A DNA stretch of 64,000 nt from Plasmodiophora brassicae (lineage: Eukaryota). This document shows positions 25,559-39,529 of the stretch, in pieces. The stretch is from NCBI GenBank assembly GCA_036867785.1, contig CP145424.1, positions 682,001 through 746,000 of the forward strand, in the 5' to 3' direction. Below the pieces are notes generated by a model that was not told the DNA's origin, made no database searches, and saw nothing but the letters and a program-made list of their open reading frames with translations. The translations under genes and the position numbers were made by a program. How positions within the stretch are numbered: the stretch's first letter is position 1; each line of letters opens with the position of its first letter.

Positions 25559-28302
25559 TTAGAGAACTTCAGCGTCGGTGCTGAAACCAACGACGTGGCC
25601 GGTGCCTGGGTCTCGAACCATGCAGGGGCCCGCGAACGAGATCTTTCCACGTTGCCATCCTTTCATGCCCTGGAGCGATGCGAGCACCCGTTTGCGGTTG
25701 CCGAAGAACGCGTGCCCGATAACGTCCCCTGCCATGTTATGGCCAAGGGGGGCACACACAACGTGGCCGTTGACCAGGATCCCCGACGCGTCGTCGTCCA
25801 TCACGAACCCGTACACTGCATGGCATTCGCATGTCGACGCAGCCAGTGTCTCGGCTGGGAACCTCCACCGTCCCCCCATCAGCACAGGATGCCATGGCGT
25901 AACTCGAACCCCGTCAGCAACCTCCACCAAGCCCGCACGACCTCCGCTACGGTTCGGCTCAGGCGCAGGCCATACGGGCGGAACGTTGCGCCTTACGTGA
26001 GCGTCTCGACCACGCACAGCACGATACTGGAACTTGTCGGCGAGGTCGCGACCCGGTCCCCAGCGCGGACGTCGCGAACTCGAACCAGGTTTCCACTCGG
26101 CACGTACGTGACGTAGCATTCGCCATCAATGCACGGGTTGCTGGCATTGTTGAACGCGGCCATGCTGACGGGGGCAGGAGCAGGCGCTGCCGCTGCCGCC
26201 CCCAGACTCGACACGGCGACGCGATGCCCGGAGGGTCTCGGCGGCGGCAGCCGACAGAACGCCAGGTCGGCCGCGTCCCGGATCGTCTGGAACAGCCGCC
26301 CGCCGTATCTCTGCACGCCCTTGTCCTTGAAGTTGTTGCACATCTGCATCTAGCGGGACGTCACGATTCGATACCCGACGTCGTCGCGACGGAACGTGGA
26401 CCGGACCTGGTGGGCCTGCGCCAGCGACGGCAGGTAGTGGCGGCCCCAGCGCTGGTACCAGTCGTCGCGGGAGAACGCTTCCGTAACCTGCCCCTCCAGG
26501 TCAAACTGCGCGACCGCACCCCGTTACCCACAACACGCCGGCCCATGCACCATTCGACGCGCGGTGGCCCTACCAGGAGGTCCGCCAGCGCCGCCGCCGA
26601 CGCCGACCGCTTCACGCTGACGATGTGGTCGGCGATACGCGACCGGGCCGCGTTGCTGTCGTTGCCCTCCACCAGTGCCATGCCGTCCAGGATCGCGTCG
26701 ACGGCGCCCAGGCGCAGGACGTCGGCGTCGGCGTTGTCGACGACGGTATCGCGCGAACTGGCGATGGTGACGGTGAGGTCGCCCACGACCGTGTAGCGCG
26801 CCGATAGCGACGCTGCGGGCGCGGCCGCGGGTGCTGCGCTCTGCAGGCGGATGACGATGTCCTTGGTTTGGCCGTACTGGACCGGGCCGAGGTGGATGAC
26901 GACAGCGCCCGCGCCGCATTCCGTGTAGCGGTGCCGGCCCGGAACCGGCAGCACCGTCGTCCCCGGCTGCGGCTCCACGTTGACGATCGTGTCACGCGCC
27001 ATCGTCGACAGGACGTTGGCGGTCACGTTGACGAACACGGTGCCCACGAACCCGGCATCGGGGATGAAATTGTACGTCCCCGACCCGAGGTTGGCGATCT
27101 CGCGCATCAGCACCGAATCCAGGCCGTACCCGAACCCGAAACTAAACAGACGCCCGAGCGCGCGTTCACCGAACGTTCATCTGGTGGCGAACGCCTACAT
27201 GCCTGACCTGTGGATCACGCACGGCAGGCCGCCGTGTTCGTCCTGGTACCGCTTCAGCGTTGGGATGGTCCCACGTGGCGGGTCGATGCTGTTGGGCAGA
27301 GATGGTTGGCGGGCCGCGCAAACGACGTGTTCGGGCGCGCGTCGCTTACTTGGGCTGGCCGTCGGTCAGGATCATGAGCGCGGCGAGCCGTGCCGGGGAC
27401 CGATCGCGCCGGAGGATCTCCAGGCCCGTGTACAACCCATCCCACAGGTTGGTGGAACCTTCCGTGTCCAACAGCTCGACAGCGGCCTGGGCAGCGCTCT
27501 CAGAATCGATCGACGCGGGCGACGAGACGTTCCGTGCGGGGGGAACGACCAACCTGGGCGGTTCGTTTCCCTTCGTCGGTCATGGGGACCAGGTTGAACA
27601 CGGGTCGTGCCCGGTCGGAGTAGGCCACGAGCGCCAGGCGGTCGTCGCCCGACAACGTGCTGATGATCGTGCGGACCGCATGCTTGACGATGTCGAGGAT
27701 CGTCAGGCCCGTCGACTCCACCTCGTCGCTGCCGCCGATCGTGGCGCTGGATCCCATCGATCCGCTCTGCCGATGACGATACACTCAGTCGGCGCCCGAT
27801 CGCTGCGCTCGCTCGGCTCACGATATCAATGACGCAGCAGATGTCGGTCGGCGTTCGCTGCGTCCCCGGTGGGGGCGTCAGGGTCGCCACCACGACGGAT
27901 TCCGTCCCCGACGCCGGGAACGTTGCTGTCGACAGCACAATGGGCCCGGCAGGGACCAGCGTCGGCGTCGTCGATAACGCCGACGGCTCCTCTGCCGACC
28001 CGGTGCTCAACGATCGCCGGTAGTCGTCGATCGCATCGCGCAGGGCCCTGTTCGGGACCAGCACGGCGGCGTCCAGCGGCGCGCGCGTTATCGGCGACGT
28101 CGGATGCTGCCGGAGCCATTCTGTCGGGACGCGCGCCCCCTTCAACACACAGAGGCATCGCACGCGACAACGCGCTGTGCCGCCCCGGCGTACCCGTTAT
28201 GGCGGCGCGTTCGTACGTGTTGCCGTCCGGGTCCATCACCGGGTCGTCCATCAGGCGCCCTGTAATCGGGCAGACATAGCTAGCGGGGGGCGCGGCCGAC
28301 AT
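25559..28302 (-). CDS. U-box + vWA + Vwaint + Hint (Vint) domain protein, multi-exon
   Basis: U-box: YVCPITGRLMDDPV..GNTYERAAI|EWL..SPITR. vWA: MIDAS DI|SGSM, TNLWDGL, LTDGQP, FGFGY. Vwaint: WYQRWGRHYLPSL..CNNFKD. Hint: NPC|IDG, VTPWHPV, LGH. Confidence 0.85.
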
Positions 28303-28409
28303 CGTCCTACTATCGACGAGCGCGACGTGTACGCGAACGGAGGGCGGTGGCCTCCTGCTGGTACAGTATTGCCCGGCCCAGTACAGTGCCGTTGGGCCAC
28401 ACAAGGTGT

Positions 28410-28868
28410 TCAGGTCCAGTTATGGGCGTTCATTGTCGACGAGGGCGGCTCGAAGACCTGGCTATGCGCCTGGTCCGGGCGGCTAGGCGGCCAGGTCGAC
28501 GTGGGCATTACGTTCAGCAGGTCCCGGGCCGTCTTCCTGAGGACGGTGTCGATCTCCGTGTCGACGGTGCGGTCGCTGACCGTCCTCGTCAGCGCCTTCG
28601 GGTGCGTTCGGGGCGCCATGGGCCGCGACGGCACCCGGCGGCACACCAGGACGAACAGGCGGGCGACGACGACGAACAGCAGCACCAGAAGGACCAGGCA
28701 GCCGACGGCGACCGCGATCGTGCCCGCTGTGGCGTTCGAGCTCGCCGCTGCCGGCGCAACGGTGATCGTGTGCCAACGACGCGTTATGGTCGTAGACGGT
28801 CGCCTCGACTGGGCGTCGCTGCGCCCCGATAGGAGCAGGATCAGCAACGGCGGCAGTATCGACGACAT
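28410..28868 (-). CDS. Small type-I membrane protein (152 aa)
   Basis: Signal peptide MSSILPPLLILLLSGRSDA, short Thr/Ala ectodomain, TM IAVAVGCLVLLVLLFVVVARLFVLVC. Confidence 0.6.
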   Translation of the reverse strand: MSSILPPLLILLLSGRSDAQSRRPSTTITRRWHTITVAPAAASSNATAGTIAVAVGCLVLLVLLFVVVARLFVLVCRRVPSRPMAPRTHPKALTRTVSDRTVDTEIDTVLRKTARDLLNVMPTSTWPPSRPDQAHSQVFEPPSSTMNAHNWT

Positions 28869-29050
28869 GGCCCTGGACCGGATATTATGCCCGGTGACAG
28901 AGGATCGAACCAACCGCCAAGGGCCGGGGAATATCTATCGAACAGCGTCCTGACGCGACGACCACCTGCCTAGACACGACACGTGTTTACTGTTCGCGGC
29001 CTGCGACAATGTTCAGGGACGGAGGGGGGCGGCGGCCTCGTGGACGACAC

Positions 29051-32000
29051 TCATCGTCGGGCAATGACCACCCGGATCGATTCGCCGGGGACGACCTGTG
29101 CAGAGCAGCGTCACAATATGGCAAACGTATCGCGGGCACGTTCCCGACCTCTTTCCGATCATCGGCAACGATGTGGGCCTCGGGGCTGAGTTCCGCCATG
29201 GGCTCGATGGCGACCTTCAGCGACGACTCGACGTAGTCGCGATGGTCGCGGATGAAACGCGACGTGGCGGAACCGGCGCCGTAGTCGGCGAAGATACGAA
29301 CCTCGTCTTCGATGGTCAGCAGGGCCTGCTTGCGAAGCCCTTGGACATGGGCGACGAGCGTCCTGGCCTGACCGAGGCGGACGCAGGCGTCGTCGGGCTC
29401 CCGGCTGATGATCACGACAACCTCGCCAGCCGAATGCGACACGAACTGCTTCGCGTCGCCAATGAACGTCGTCTGCACGATGACGTCCTCGATAGTGATG
29501 TCGAATTCGCCGATACGTGCCACACCTAAACAACGTTGAGAATGCGGGCCGCGAACGGTTAGCAGCGAGCACGAACCGTCCTGGCGGAACTTGACAACGT
29601 CCGAGTGCGACATTGCCTTCAGAGCAGCGACAACGGCCGGTCGGTGCTTGCCGAGGCGCTTGCCGAGTCGTCTGTTGTCCGGTTCGAGGCTGACAGAGAT
29701 GTAGTCGCTGACGGCGTCGCTGAACTCGACCGACTGGACGTTGAGCTGCTCGACGATGTAGTCGGACAGCGGTTCGACGTACGAGATCAGTTCCCGGGAC
29801 GACGTCACGACGATGCACTTCGGCAACGGGATGCGCAGCGATACCGACGCCTGGTCACGTGCTGTGCGCCCGGTCTCGACGACGAGTTGCATGGCGGCAA
29901 CGGCTCTCTCGATGCTCTCATCCCGCGACGACTCGTCGACATCAGGGACCATGTCGAAGTGCACCGTGTCTTCCTGTTGTTCCTGGGGCAGGGCCGGCTT
30001 CAGGTAGTAGTACATCGTGTCGGCGAGGAACGGCGTGAACGGCGCCATCAGTCGAGCCATGGACAGCAGGACGTGGTACAGCGTGCACAGGGACGCCTCG
30101 CACGCTTCTGGGCCAGCATCACCCTTGATGCGCAGCTTGTTGAAGCGAACGTACCACAGCGACAGCTTGTCAATGAACCCGACAAGGTGCGGAACGACCT
30201 TGGCTGGAACAGGAGGGCATGACATGAGGAGGCAGGGTTCCGATTCCAGCGGCGACGTTCCTACCTAGTTCGTACAGGTTCATTTCTTTCCGGAAGCCAG
30301 CAATGAGCGTCTGCAGAGACGACAAGATCCACTTGTCCATGACGTTGTCGGTCCGGTTGAACACGTCCGGATTGGCCTTGAAAGTGGTACCGTCCTTCAG
30401 AGCGCGACGACGGGCCTACATGTAACGCGTCAGGACCCGGTATCCAGGTAGCACGAACGCGACACGACCTGCGAAATGAACAGCCTGAGCGTGTTTGACC
30501 AGGGCACAAACACGTCCTTGACAACGTCGCGTACGCCGGCCTCGCTGAATTTCAGCGAGTCCGCTCTAACGACGGGGGAATTGATCAGGTAGAGACGCAT
30601 GGCATCGGCACCTGCAACACGGATACGGTCAGGTATCGAAACTCGCGAACGCCGCCCGCCTACCGTGAGTGTTCATGACCAGCATCGGGTCCGGGTAGTT
30701 GTTCAGCGATTTCGACATCTTCTTGCCGTCCTCAGCAAGCACAAGCCCGTTGCAGATCAGGTTCTGGAACGGGGGCTTGTCGAATAAGGCGACGGAGACG
30801 ACCATCAGCGTGTAGAACCACCCCCGCGTCTGGTCCAGGCCTTCGGCGATGAAATCGGCCGGGAACCCGCGTTCGAATTCGTCAGCGTTCTCGAACGGGT
30901 AGTGACGCGACGCGTACGGCATGGACCCGGATTCGAACCAGCAATCGAACACGTCCTCGACACGTCGCAGCACGCCCTTGCCCTTCGACGACGGGATCGT
31001 GATCTCATCGACGAACTCGCGATGCAGGTCCGTTATCGGCTCGGCGCGCCCCGATCGTTCCTGCAATTCGGCAATCGACCCGATGACGACGATTTCATCG
31101 CCGTCGTCACTGATCCAGATCGGGAGCGGGGTGCCCCAGTACCGGGTTCGCGATACGGACCAGTCGCGCGCGTCCATGAGCCAGTTGTGGAATCGGCGTT
31201 CTTTGACGTACGCCGGCACCCAGTACGTCTGCTCATTGCACTGCAGAAGCCTGTCGCGAATCTTTGGGACGTTGACGAACCACGACGGCACCGCCTTGTA
31301 ACTGACGAGCGCAAGTCAGGTCCACATGTCACGACAAGAGACGCTACAGACTGACATGAGAGGCGTGTCACTTCGCCAGCAGTGCGGGTAGTCGTGCTTC
31401 TTCTGGTAATCTCGTACAATTCGTCCACGCTTCCTCAACGCGCGAATAATGTCCCGGTCCGCCTCCTTGACGTAACGCCCAGCAAAGTCAGGGACGTTGC
31501 TGGTGAACCGACCGGACTCGTCCACAGGGCAGATCAGACCCGGCCCGCGCTGAATGATGCCATGGTCGAGACAGACACGGTAGTCATCTTCGCCGAACGC
31601 TGGCGCCTGGTGGACGATACCAGTGCCGCTCTCCTCCTGGACATAATCGTCCGATACGACCACGAAAGCTTTCGCGGCCAACGGGCTACCGGCGAAGTAG
31701 TCAAAGATGGGTTCGTACTGCAGGCCGACTAGGTCGGATCCGGGCATCGTTGCCACGACACTGTACGGTTCTTTACCGGCCTCCACTTTCGCCTTGCCAT
31801 ACACTTCCTTCAAGATCGTGTTGGATCCACAGACCCATAGCGCACCCGACGCTAGGCAACGGGTCGTTAGACATGCCTAGCCAGTCGATATCTGCGGCGT
31901 ACCATTGTCCCGGATCACACTGTAGGTCATGTTGGCGTTCACGCAGAGTGCCAAGTTCGAAGGAAGCGTCCATGGGGTCGTTGTGAACGCGAGCAATGAG

Positions 32001-32894
32001 GCACCGTGCAAAGGGCTGTTCGGGTCCGCGTTCACAATAGGGAACGACGCCACCACGGCGGGGTCGGCAACTTCTTTGTAATTTTGACCCTGTAGAGCAG
32101 GCATCACATACTATGCCCCTCGTTCTTGAACCGTTGCCATTTACCTTCTCAAAGTTGGACAACGGGGTATGGCAGGCCGTAGAGTACGGCATGACTTTGA
32201 AACCCTGGTAGACCAGGCCCTTGTCGTACATGCTCTTGAAGACCCACCAGACGCTTTCCATGAACGTCGGATTCATCGTCTTCCAGTCGTTGTCCATGTC
32301 GATCCAGCGCCCGTAGCGCTCGGTCACGTACCGCCACTCGGAGGCGTACTTCTGGACAATCGACCGGCACTCCTTGTTGTACGCAGGGATGCCCATCGCC
32401 AGATGCTGCTCCTTCGACGTGATACCCAGCTTCTTGTCGATCGCGTACTCAATAGGCAGCCCGTGGCAATCCCACCCGAATCGTCGTTCCACGTGGTGTC
32501 CTGTTCACAAATGTCAGCGAGGAACGGCCGCCTGCAACACGATGATGCCCGTTTTATTACCAGACTGGTGCGCATATCTTGTTACTACGTCCTTGATGGT
32601 CCCAGCGAGTATGTGACCTGATATGATACCGACTGAGAGCATGAATCTTCGGAATGCCAACATGAGGATACCGTAGTGCGGCATGCCAGTGGCGAATGGA
32701 GGGCCATCATAGAACGTGTACAGGGGCAGGTTCGCTTTCCGGGACCGCCGCATCGACTCCTGGAACGCATCGCAATCCCGCCATCGCTGCAGGACGATCT
32801 CTTCCTCGCGCGCGAACTCGAACCTCTCCGGCAGCGCCTCGAACACGGGGTTGGCCGGCGCCGCACCCTGCTGCTCCCGCGCTTTCAGCGTCAT
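29051..32894 (-). CDS. IARS1: Cytosolic isoleucyl-tRNA synthetase, multi-exon
   Basis: [93 protein letters not shown]. Confidence 0.95.
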
Positions 32895-33147
32895 CGCACG
32901 CGAGCTCTCCAATGCAGTCCGCACGGCGTTGCGCGACGTACGTACCCGTCCGCCGCTATTACTTGCTCGCCACTGTAGCACACCGCCTAATTTTAGGCCT
33001 CGCTGACGTTTAGTACTGCAGCTCGCCCAGTCTACAGCGTCACTGCACTGCTGCCTGCAACTTCCTGGTCAACGTGTCAGCACGCGCGGCTCTGCAAGTT
33101 CCAGTGGGGTTCGCTGTGATTTTCCGGCTGGACATGTTTTGGTCAGA

Positions 33148-34062
33148 ATGCTGTTGGCGGGGTGCGGGTGGCGTCGAGGCCTCCGGCGCTGCATGTCGAC
33201 GACGGTGAAGATCGCCGCCGTGCAGATGGTGTCGACGGCGGACGTCGACGAGAACATGGCGGCGGCGGCGTCGCTGATCGGCGATGCGGTCGGGCAGGGC
33301 GCGCGCATTGTCGTGCTGCCTGAAAACTGGCCGATCATGGGCCGGCGTGACGAAGATAAGGTTGCGATCGCGAAGACGCGCTTCGAGGCCATGCAGACGT
33401 TCATGTCCGATTCGGCGAGAGGACACGGGATTATGCTGATTGGCGGGACTGTTCCCGTTCCCTGCGCTGAGGATCCGTCGCGCGTCTTCAATACGTCCAT
33501 GGCGTTCGATGCGGCTGGAGCACTTCTGGCCCGCTACGACAAGGTGCATCTGTTCGCGTTCGGGGAAGAATACAACGAGGCCAAGACCGTGGCATTCGGC
33601 CGCGATATCGTCTCGGTGACGTCGTCCATCGGGCCGATCCTGCTCTCTGTTTGCTACGACGTTCGCTTCCCTGAATTGTACCGAGCCGTCCCCGAGCCAC
33701 CAACGCTAATCTCGGTTCCGGCCGCGTTCACCTGCGAAACGGGAGCGGCACACTGGGAGCTCCTTTTACGCTGCCGGGCCATCGAGAACCAGTGCTACGT
33801 GATCGGTGCAGCGCAAGCAGGCGTGCATCCGAGCGGGCGCCGCAGCTATGGCCACAGCATGATTGTCGATCCCTGGGGGCGTGTCCTCGCGCGACTGTCC
33901 GGCACGGACGCGGGGGTCTGCACCGCCGATGTCGACCTTTCGCTCATGGGCGCCGTCAGGGCGCGGCTTCCTGCTCTTCGTGACCGACGGATCGACCTGG
34001 CATCCATCGCGATAAAACCGCCCAATGAAGAGCGCGTTAGCCACCTTGTCAGATGGAGTTAG
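33148..34062 (+). CDS. Nitrilase-superfamily amidase (NIT1/deaminated-glutathione amidase-like), intronless, with mitochondrial-type presequence
   Basis: Glu-Lys-Cys triad in VLPEN, YDKVHLF and VCYDVRFPE. Also AHWELLLRCRAIENQCYV and YGHSMIVDPWG. Confidence 0.88.
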   Translation: MLLAGCGWRRGLRRCMSTTVKIAAVQMVSTADVDENMAAAASLIGDAVGQGARIVVLPENWPIMGRRDEDKVAIAKTRFEAMQTFMSDSARGHGIMLIGGTVPVPCAEDPSRVFNTSMAFDAAGALLARYDKVHLFAFGEEYNEAKTVAFGRDIVSVTSSIGPILLSVCYDVRFPELYRAVPEPPTLISVPAAFTCETGAAHWELLLRCRAIENQCYVIGAAQAGVHPSGRRSYGHSMIVDPWGRVLARLSGTDAGVCTADVDLSLMGAVRARLPALRDRRIDLASIAIKPPNEERVSHLVRWS

Positions 34063-34311
34063 CCCGCCCTGCCCTGTCTGATACCGACTCAATACCGCGC
34101 CGTCCTGAGTTGACGTGGCACGGCGAGCGTATTTTTAGAACGTGACCGGTCGGCAACGGGAAAAAAGTCGCGGCGGGTGGGTAGGTCGATGTCGTTTTGG
34201 GGCGGGTTGGAATCTGCAGCGGCCACGGAGTTGTGTGACAGTTGGTGGAATCAGCCGCCGGGGCAGACGACGACGGCGGGCGTGCTCTGTGAGGTCGTCG
34301 GCGGCGCATAG

Positions 34312-35133
<822 letters not shown>

Positions 35134-35233
35134 GCCAGTGGGGCCGTTGCGACCCGGCTCCCTACTCTACTACTATTCTAGGCAACCACCACCCGCCCAG
35201 CAAGCAACCGCTCATCATCGTCTATAATGAAAC

Positions 35234-37154
35234 TCACGCGCGCATCTTGTCTGTCGAGCGTCGCGTCGGCCCATCGATGACAGCGCTGGCAGCAGGTTCG
35301 TCCTGCTCATCGTCGTCGTCGTCGACGCCGTCAATGGTGCAGTGCGCGTACGACCACTGGCTGATGACGTTCTCGGCGAACACGACGACGATGCGGTCGT
35401 CGGCCCGGCTCAGCGCGATCCGGTGGATGCCGCGCACGCCTTCCATTACGTACGACCCGACCATGCGCCGCGTCTTCAGGCTCCACAACGCCAACCGCCC
35501 CGACGCGTCCGCCGTGATCGCCTCCTTGTCGGTCGCCGCCACCGCGACGCACGACGACAGGAACCCTTGCTCGGCGTAGTCGCCCGTTGCGATCAGCAGC
35601 CCGCTCTCGCCGCCATGAAGCGTCCCCACGTTCTGCAGCCGAACCGTGCCGTCCTCGCACGCGCTGAGAATCGCATCGGGCGGGCTCAGCGCAACGCTGG
35701 CGATCGACGTGGGCGCGTACGAGAACTTGACGGGGACGTCGCTGTTCCCGTTGTCGTTCGCGTTGTCGTCGTCGTCGTCGTCGACAACGCCGGACAGGTC
35801 CTGGAAGCGTTGGCTGGTGGCGACGCGCGTCTCGAGCGCCCCGTACTGGTGGACCAGGGTGGCGCGCAGGGCGCCGGTGGCGACCGCCACCTGCACCTGG
35901 ACCAGGCAGCCGCTGCGCGTCGCCACGAACAGCGACGATGCGCGCTCAACGACGCCCGTGATGCACTGCTGGCCGGCCGGCGTCGGCGGCAGACGCAGCG
36001 TCGCGCGCAGGTCGATGCGCGCCTTCACGGCCAGCGGCCCGAACCCGACCTGGAACACGGTGCTGTCCTGGCAGACGAACACGCCGCCGCCGCCGCCGCC
36101 GCCGGGGGTCGGCACAGCGATCCCGGGCACCAGATCCGTCTGGTCGAACAACGGCGTCGCCGATGTTTCGCGCACGTCGACCTGTGTCGCGTCAACGTCG
36201 CGTTCGACGCGGCGAGACAGAGAGAACGGACCCGGACGACGTGCTTTCGCGATGGTCGATCCGTGTGGACCAGGTCGACAGCGAGGAGGGACGCTTGGCC
36301 GTCGGCGGCGACCAGGAACAGGTCCAGGGCGGCGGTGTGGTCGCCGGGCGCCAGCGTGCACCGTGACAGGCAGGCGCAGGACAGGTCGCCCGCCGACAGG
36401 ACGACCACGTCCTTCGGCTCCAGCGGCGCCCCGTTCTCCTTCGACCTGTCGAACGCGACTTGACGCGGGACCGTTAGGGCCGGCGCGCGCACGGTAAACC
36501 ATCGCAGGGGGCAGGCCTACCCAGCAGCCCGTCGCTGAACACGCCCAGCGTCACGCCGTCGACGGCGTCGAACAGCAGGGCGCGGCCGTACGGGCAGAAC
36601 AACGTGCTGACGAACTTGGGCGTATCTGTTCACAACGTCGTCAGCGTAGGCCGGCGACCCCTCGCGCTCTCGTACTCCTGTACATGGCCGTGCGACGCTC
36701 GGCGTCGAGCTCGACCGCCTTCCTGATGGCCGAGAACTTGGTGTCCAGCAGCAGCTTGCGTTGCATCTATCGGGGCAGGTTACTATGTGGGCGGCGACGC
36801 CATACAGCCTACTGACGTCGTCGTTGGCCAGCAGCATCTTCCGGCGCAGGTTCGCCTGGATGTCGTCGTTATACGTGCGATGCATCATCTTATCGTTGAA
36901 GGCGCGCGACTCCTTCCAGGCCATGCGCTGCTCCGAGATCTGATCGATCGACAACGGTCACGTTCCCGTCCTGCCCAAGAAGCCCGCCGCCCTCATACGC
37001 CTTTGAATATGGTCAGCGCCTCCTCGAGGACCTCCAGCGTCCGGATCTTCTCCATGTTGCTGGCGCTGAACGCCTGCTGGGGCAGGTCGACGACCGGGGC
37101 GCCGCTATCCGACCCCTCGGCGACGTCGCTGCCACCATCGCTGACGTCGCTCAT
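35234..37154 (-). CDS. Beta-propeller/WD40-like protein, multi-exon
   Basis: Likely ATG at 37154 (MSDVSDGG..). C-terminal WD-like repeats IASVALSP..ILSACEDGTVRL, ITADASGRLALWSL, ENVISQWS. Confidence 0.55.
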
Positions 37155-37209
37155 CGTCGACGGCTGCCCGGGTACGGTTGACCGAGATCGTTTACGTTTT
37201 CGTGCGGAT

Positions 37210-39251
37210 TTAGAATGCGACCAACAACGGGGCGGCGGCTGCCAGGAGGGTCAGCAGGCTGGCGACCCGGATCGGGTTCGTGGCCGACCCGCCGCCCAGC
37301 TCCGCCTTGTACTTGGCGAGCTTCTGCGTCGCCACGACGGTCTCGTTCTTGAGCTCGGACAGCAGGCACAGGTACTGCGTCTCGACGCGCCTGGTGATGG
37401 CCAGCAGGCTCTGGAATTGGTCGCCGCCGCCCGGGTCGGATCGTATCTTGTGCAGCGCCGCCTGCGTCGCCTTGACGAGCACCTGGGGCGGCACCCAGAA
37501 CGGCACCAGGACCCGCTGCGGGGCGACCACCTTCTGCTTCAGGGCCTTGGAGATCTGCTCCAGGGCCACCTCGTGGACCTTGCTGTTCACCTTCCCTGTG
37601 AAGCGCTTCGCGATACGGAAGTCAAAGTCGAGGTCGGGCTCGTCGTCGAACCAGGCGGCGATGAACGCCTTCGGCCCCGCGATGTACTCGGGCAGGATCC
37701 GGACGCGGAGCGACCCGGAGACGTACAGGTCGCTGACAATGATCGGGATGACCATGCCCAGGGCGTGCACCTCGATCTCCAGCTCGAACTTGTCGAGCTG
37801 GACGTCGAGGTCGATGGCGTACGTGAACGGCTCCTCCGGCTGGACGTCGGCCATGTCGATCCCGGGGACGTCGCTCGGCGAGTGGATGCCCAGGTCCAGC
37901 GACACGAACTTGACGTGCGCCCCGACGCCGGGGACCTTGACGGTGCCGACCATCAGCGCGACCAGCCAGGCGACCTTCTGCTGCTGCAGGTAGGTGAACC
38001 CGGCGGTGAACGCGACCTTCTGGATCAGGGCCTGCCACCCGGCCAGCATCTTGGCGGGCGGCACGCCCGACGCCTGCATCGCCTGCCGGAGCTGGGCGTC
38101 CACCAACATGCGACCGCCGGGGCGGCTGAACGCGTCCGGGATGACGGCGTCGCCGTCGTCCACGCGCTTCTCCCTGTCGAGGAATTCCTGCTGGGCAGCG
38201 GCGACGTCCACAACGGTGTCGTTGAACAGCGCCTGGTGGCAGGTCGCGCTGTCCTCGGCGACGTCGATCGACTCGCGGTCGACCTGCAGGTCGACGAGGC
38301 GCTGCTCCTGGTCGTCGAGCTTCCCGTCGATGGTGTCGTCGATGGCGGCGACGACGCTGTCGAGCTTGGCGCTGATCTCGGGCAGCAGGAAGTTCTCGTC
38401 GACGTGCGCCATGTTCTGCTTGGCGAGCAGGTCGATGTCCGCCTTGTAGGCGGCAAAGTCGCTAGATGCCACTACGCGTCCAGTCAGCAGGTGCGGGCCA
38501 GGGACGAGCCCTGCACGGGCCGTGACGTACCTTGGAAGGTGTCCGGCGGCGCCTTCGTCTCCGGGACGCGGTTGACCTTGCCCATCTGCTTGTTGATCAG
38601 GCCGCGGATGATGCCGTCGACCATGCCTTTGACGATCCGGGAGACGGCCGCCTTGAAGAAGTTGCCGATGCGCTGGAAGAACCCGGGGGAGGACGATGGG
38701 CCCAGCTGCCGGCGCTGCTCGGGCGTCAGGTCGTCCTCGGGTTTGTGCAGGCGCAGGTCGTAGGTGGGGAACTCGGGCATGGCGACGAGCTCCCAGGTGA
38801 CGTCGTCCATCGACTCGCCGATCGTGACGGCGACCTGCGCGTTGAACTTCAGGGACTTGAAGACCCAGGTGCCGAAGCCCTTGATGGCCAGGTGCACCTC
38901 GAGGTCGTTCAGCGCCAGGCCGACCCGAAGGACGAACCGGCCGGCGCCAATGTCGTAATCCTCGACGACGAACAGTTGCGGGCGCTGCTCCCGGATCCAG
39001 TCGTCCAGGTCGTCGCCTTCCAGATCCGGCCGCAGGCGGAACCGCTCGATGTTGACCCTGGCGTCGCCGGGCCGCTTGTTGGCCAGGATGGCGCCGTTGA
39101 TCAGCGTCAGGTAGAAGTCGTCCGAGTTGGCCAGGATCTGCGACATCATGACCGTGGAGATCATTTCCGTCCAGGCGGCCAGGCCCTGGTCGGCCGACTG
39201 GCCATTGGCCAGCGCCACCGCCGTCAACGCCAGCAGCCACCGCAGCGGCAT
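37210..39251 (-). CDS. Signal peptide + tandem SMP/TULIP-like lipid-binding domains + C-terminal GPI/TM signal (~660 aa; intron 38472-38530)
   Basis: MPLRWLLALTAVALANG signal. The second domain (VKFVSLDLG..IDLDV..VSDLYVSGSLRV..FDDEPDLDF..VVAPQRVLVP) follows the SMP pattern. Hydrophobic tail VASLLTLLAAAAPLLVAF. Confidence 0.6.
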
Positions 39252-39529
39252 TCGACTTGGGAGTTTTCGATGTGGCCATCACCGGCGCCCCACCCGTTTC
39301 GGAAGAAGGTTCGTCGCGTGACTCACTTCAGCGACGCTTCCCAGGTCGATGATCGTGACAGGACGACAGCCACCTTGCATGGGGGGAGCGACTCCACCAC
39401 TAAAGTGCATAACGACGATGAAAACAATTGATTTCATCGCGGTCGTCGGAACGGTATAGAGCCGCTCGTACCGTTCGACCTGGATCGGCACGCCGAGCAG
39501 AATCTGGATGAGCTGACTGGTCGTCGGGC

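Noticed and set aside
25960-26000. Apparent frameshift within the Hint domain
   Set aside because: Explained by a short GTAAG...TAG intron that restores the frame (ETLT|GGRAG).
36787-38763. 658-aa plus-strand ORF
   Set aside because: Antisense shadow of the GC3-rich SMP-like gene, with no motifs of its own.
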